Origin: an uncultured Candidatus Saccharibacteria bacterium | Lineage (GTDB): Bacteria > Patescibacteriota > Minisyncoccia > Portnoybacterales > GWB1-42-6 | DNA: 24,049 bases | NCBI GenBank assembly: GCA_964647205.1 | Contig: CAZYIG010000001.1 | Location: forward strand, 1 to 24,049 | Direction of reading: 5' to 3' | In this document: in pieces, positions 22,364 through 24,049 of the stretch | Numbering within the stretch: position 1 is the stretch's first letter | Layout of the letters: each line of letters opens with the position of its first letter | Translations under genes and position numbers: made by a program | Notes under the pieces: generated by a model | What the model was told of the DNA's origin: nothing | The model's database searches: none | What the model saw: the letters and a program-made list of their open reading frames with translations, nothing else

Positions 22364-23743
22364 ATGAATAACGATCAACTTTGGCAAGCCGCCCTCGGAG
22401 AAATCGAGTTAAATATTTCCCGGGCAAATTTTATTACTTGGTTTCGTGATACTTGTATTTTAAAAAGCAAAGACGGCTTGGTTACTGTTGGTGTTCCTAA
22501 TGGTTTCAGTAAAGAATGGCTTGAAAATAAATACAACAAACTTATTCTTCGGTCTTTAAGAAATCTCTTCGGCGAGATAAAGGAATTAAAGTTTATTATC
22601 AACCAAACTGTTCCTCGCCAAGTTATCACTTCATCTATAGAACACTTGCCCTTATCCAAAAAAGATGGAAGTAATTCGTCCGCTCAATCGTTTCAAGAGC
22701 TTGAAACCGATAAAGAAACTAATCTCAATCCTAAATATACTTTTGAAAATTTTATAATTGGATCTTTCAATGAGCTGGCTCAAGCCGCCGCTCGGGCAAT
22801 CGTGAATAACCCCGGCGAAGTTTATAATCCACTTTTTATCTATGGGGGGGTGGGCCTTGGCAAAACCCACCTTTTACAAGCAATCGGCAATGAGGTTATC
22901 AAAAAATATAACAAAAAGAAAAAAGTAAAATATATTAGTTCGGAAAAATTTACCTCTGAACTTGTTAGCTCTCTCCATAATAATAGCATTGAAAAATTTA
23001 AAGAAGACTACCGCCAGATAGATGTTCTTATAATTGATGATATCCAGTTTTTGGCCGGCAAAGAAAAAACTCAAGAAGAATTTTTTCATACCTTTAACTT
23101 CCTTTATCAAAAGAATAAACAAGTAATTTTAAGTTCAGACAGGCCGCCCCGATCGATTGCCACCCTAGAAGAAAGGCTCCGTTCCCGGTTTGAAGGCGGT
23201 ATGATTGCTGATATTTCCCAACCCGACATGGAAACCCGCTTGGCTATTCTAAAGAGAAAATGTGAAGAGAAAAAAATAATTATTGCCGACGATGTTTTAA
23301 GTTATATTGCCACTAATATTCAGCGGAATATCCGAGAATTAGAAGGGGCCCTGAATAGAATTATTGCCGCTAACAATCTTTCTAACGCTTCACCAGATAT
23401 TAATAAAATAGCCAAAATACTTAATGATATTATCAATACTCCCAAGCGGATAACCACCTATAAAAACATCATCCAATCAGTTGCTGAATTCTATGATATT
23501 AATACCAGCGACTTAATAAATCGTTGCCGCCGCAAAGAGGTCGTTTATCCAAGGCAAGTTGCTATGTTTTTAATGCGGGATGAATTAAAAAAATCTTTTC
23601 CCTTTATCGGTGAAAAGCTTGGCGGCCGCGATCATACCACTGTTATGTACGCCTGTGAAAAATTGCATAAGGAATTAGAAAAAAACGAAACACTCCAACA
23701 AGAATTAAGCCTTATTAAAGAAAGAATGTATAGTAAAAATTAG
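22364..23743 (+). CDS. dnaA: Chromosomal replication initiator DnaA
   Basis: NPKYTFENFIIG, NPLFIYGGVGLGKTHLL, LIIDDIQF, RLRSRFEGG, NIRELEGAL, GGRDHTTVMYA. Confidence 0.99.
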   Translation: MNNDQLWQAALGEIELNISRANFITWFRDTCILKSKDGLVTVGVPNGFSKEWLENKYNKLILRSLRNLFGEIKELKFIINQTVPRQVITSSIEHLPLSKKDGSNSSAQSFQELETDKETNLNPKYTFENFIIGSFNELAQAAARAIVNNPGEVYNPLFIYGGVGLGKTHLLQAIGNEVIKKYNKKKKVKYISSEKFTSELVSSLHNNSIEKFKEDYRQIDVLIIDDIQFLAGKEKTQEEFFHTFNFLYQKNKQVILSSDRPPRSIATLEERLRSRFEGGMIADISQPDMETRLAILKRKCEEKKIIIADDVLSYIATNIQRNIRELEGALNRIIAANNLSNASPDINKIAKILNDIINTPKRITTYKNIIQSVAEFYDINTSDLINRCRRKEVVYPRQVAMFLMRDELKKSFPFIGEKLGGRDHTTVMYACEKLHKELEKNETLQQELSLIKERMYSKN

Positions 23744-23960
23744 TTAATAAACTGTTTATAAGTATGTTTATAAAAACTGATTAACTGGTTAATAAAAAAA
23801 CACAAACTAATTAACCTAAAAATATAAACACTTAATCAATTAATTATTAACAACTTACCACTTCAAAAAAATAGCAACTGAATTCAAAAGAATCACTTTT
23901 CCACAAAATAACCATTTCTTGATAATAATTATTCTACTTATTTAATAAATTATATATATT
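23742..23960. other. Probable oriC segment (dnaA-dnaN spacer)
   Basis: Very AT-rich. Consensus box TTTTCCACA at 23897-23905, plus several TTATWAACA-like 9-mers in opposing orientations. Confidence 0.7.
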
Positions 23961-24049
23961 ATGAAAATTGTCTGTCTACAAGAAAATTTTAAAAGGGGTC
24001 TAAATATTACCCAAAATATTATTGGGAAAAATTTAACTTTGCCTATTTT
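23961..24049 (+). CDS. dnaN: DNA polymerase III beta clamp, 5' fragment running off the window
   Basis: MKIVCLQENFKRGLNITQNIIGKNLTLPI..., directly after dnaA. Confidence 0.88.
   Translation, partial: MKIVCLQENFKRGLNITQNIIGKNLTLPI

Noticed and set aside
2110-23122. Short overlapping or antisense ORFs in the track (e.g. 2110-2307, 3294-3713, 3517-3759, 4293-4638, 7195-7455, 8216-8599, 15020-15262, 16475-16732, 21712-21999, 22375-23122)
   Set aside because: All lie within well-supported genes and show no family motifs. They are shadow frames of biased codon usage or of the palindromic inserts.
23906-23945. DnaA-trio tract after the TTTTCCACA box
   Set aside because: GAT-AAT-AAT and CTA-CTT fragments occur but are not contiguous or adjacent to the box, so they cannot be distinguished from AT-rich background.
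1-24049. CRISPR array, tRNA, rRNA or other structured ncRNA
   Set aside because: No regularly spaced repeats and no cloverleaf or rRNA signatures; intergenic gaps are too short or explained otherwise.

Overview
About 24 kb of AT-rich bacterial chromosome ending at the replication origin. Gene content and compact protein forms suggest Patescibacteria/CPR, Parcubacteria-like, genetic code 11 (an inference). Left to right: 3' part of pcrA/uvrD; rsmA; a divergent fused membrane/spermidine-synthase-like methyltransferase; a 12 kb co-directional cluster resembling the CPR reduced type IV secretion-like locus (TSP3-repeat anchored protein, large secreted helical protein, VirB6/TrbL-like, duplicated-domain protein, PrgI/VirB3-like, TraC-like, VirB4 ATPase split by a frameshift, small membrane protein, secreted beta-rich protein, VirB2-like pilin, anchored beta-propeller); two O-antigen-ligase-family proteins and a Wzx flippase; then jag-yidC-yidD-rnpA-rpmH, DnaA boxes, dnaA, an AT-rich oriC-like spacer and the start of dnaN. 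Most notable: (1) several families of tiny palindromic elements sit in frame inside pcrA and rsmA. Four copies share one architecture (4-nt leader, 6-bp stem, GNA/GNA internal loop, inner hairpin) and are multiples of 3 nt; removing the rsmA pair exactly restores a compact ICAKPPRMSLL loop. (2) virB4 is broken at a T7A6 tract between its Walker A and Walker B motifs. (3) prgI and the TraC-like gene are in one frame separated by a single TAG followed by a GC-rich stem. (4) A non-canonical TTATWAACA box array lies between dnaA and dnaN. No database search was possible; all family calls rest on motif recognition.
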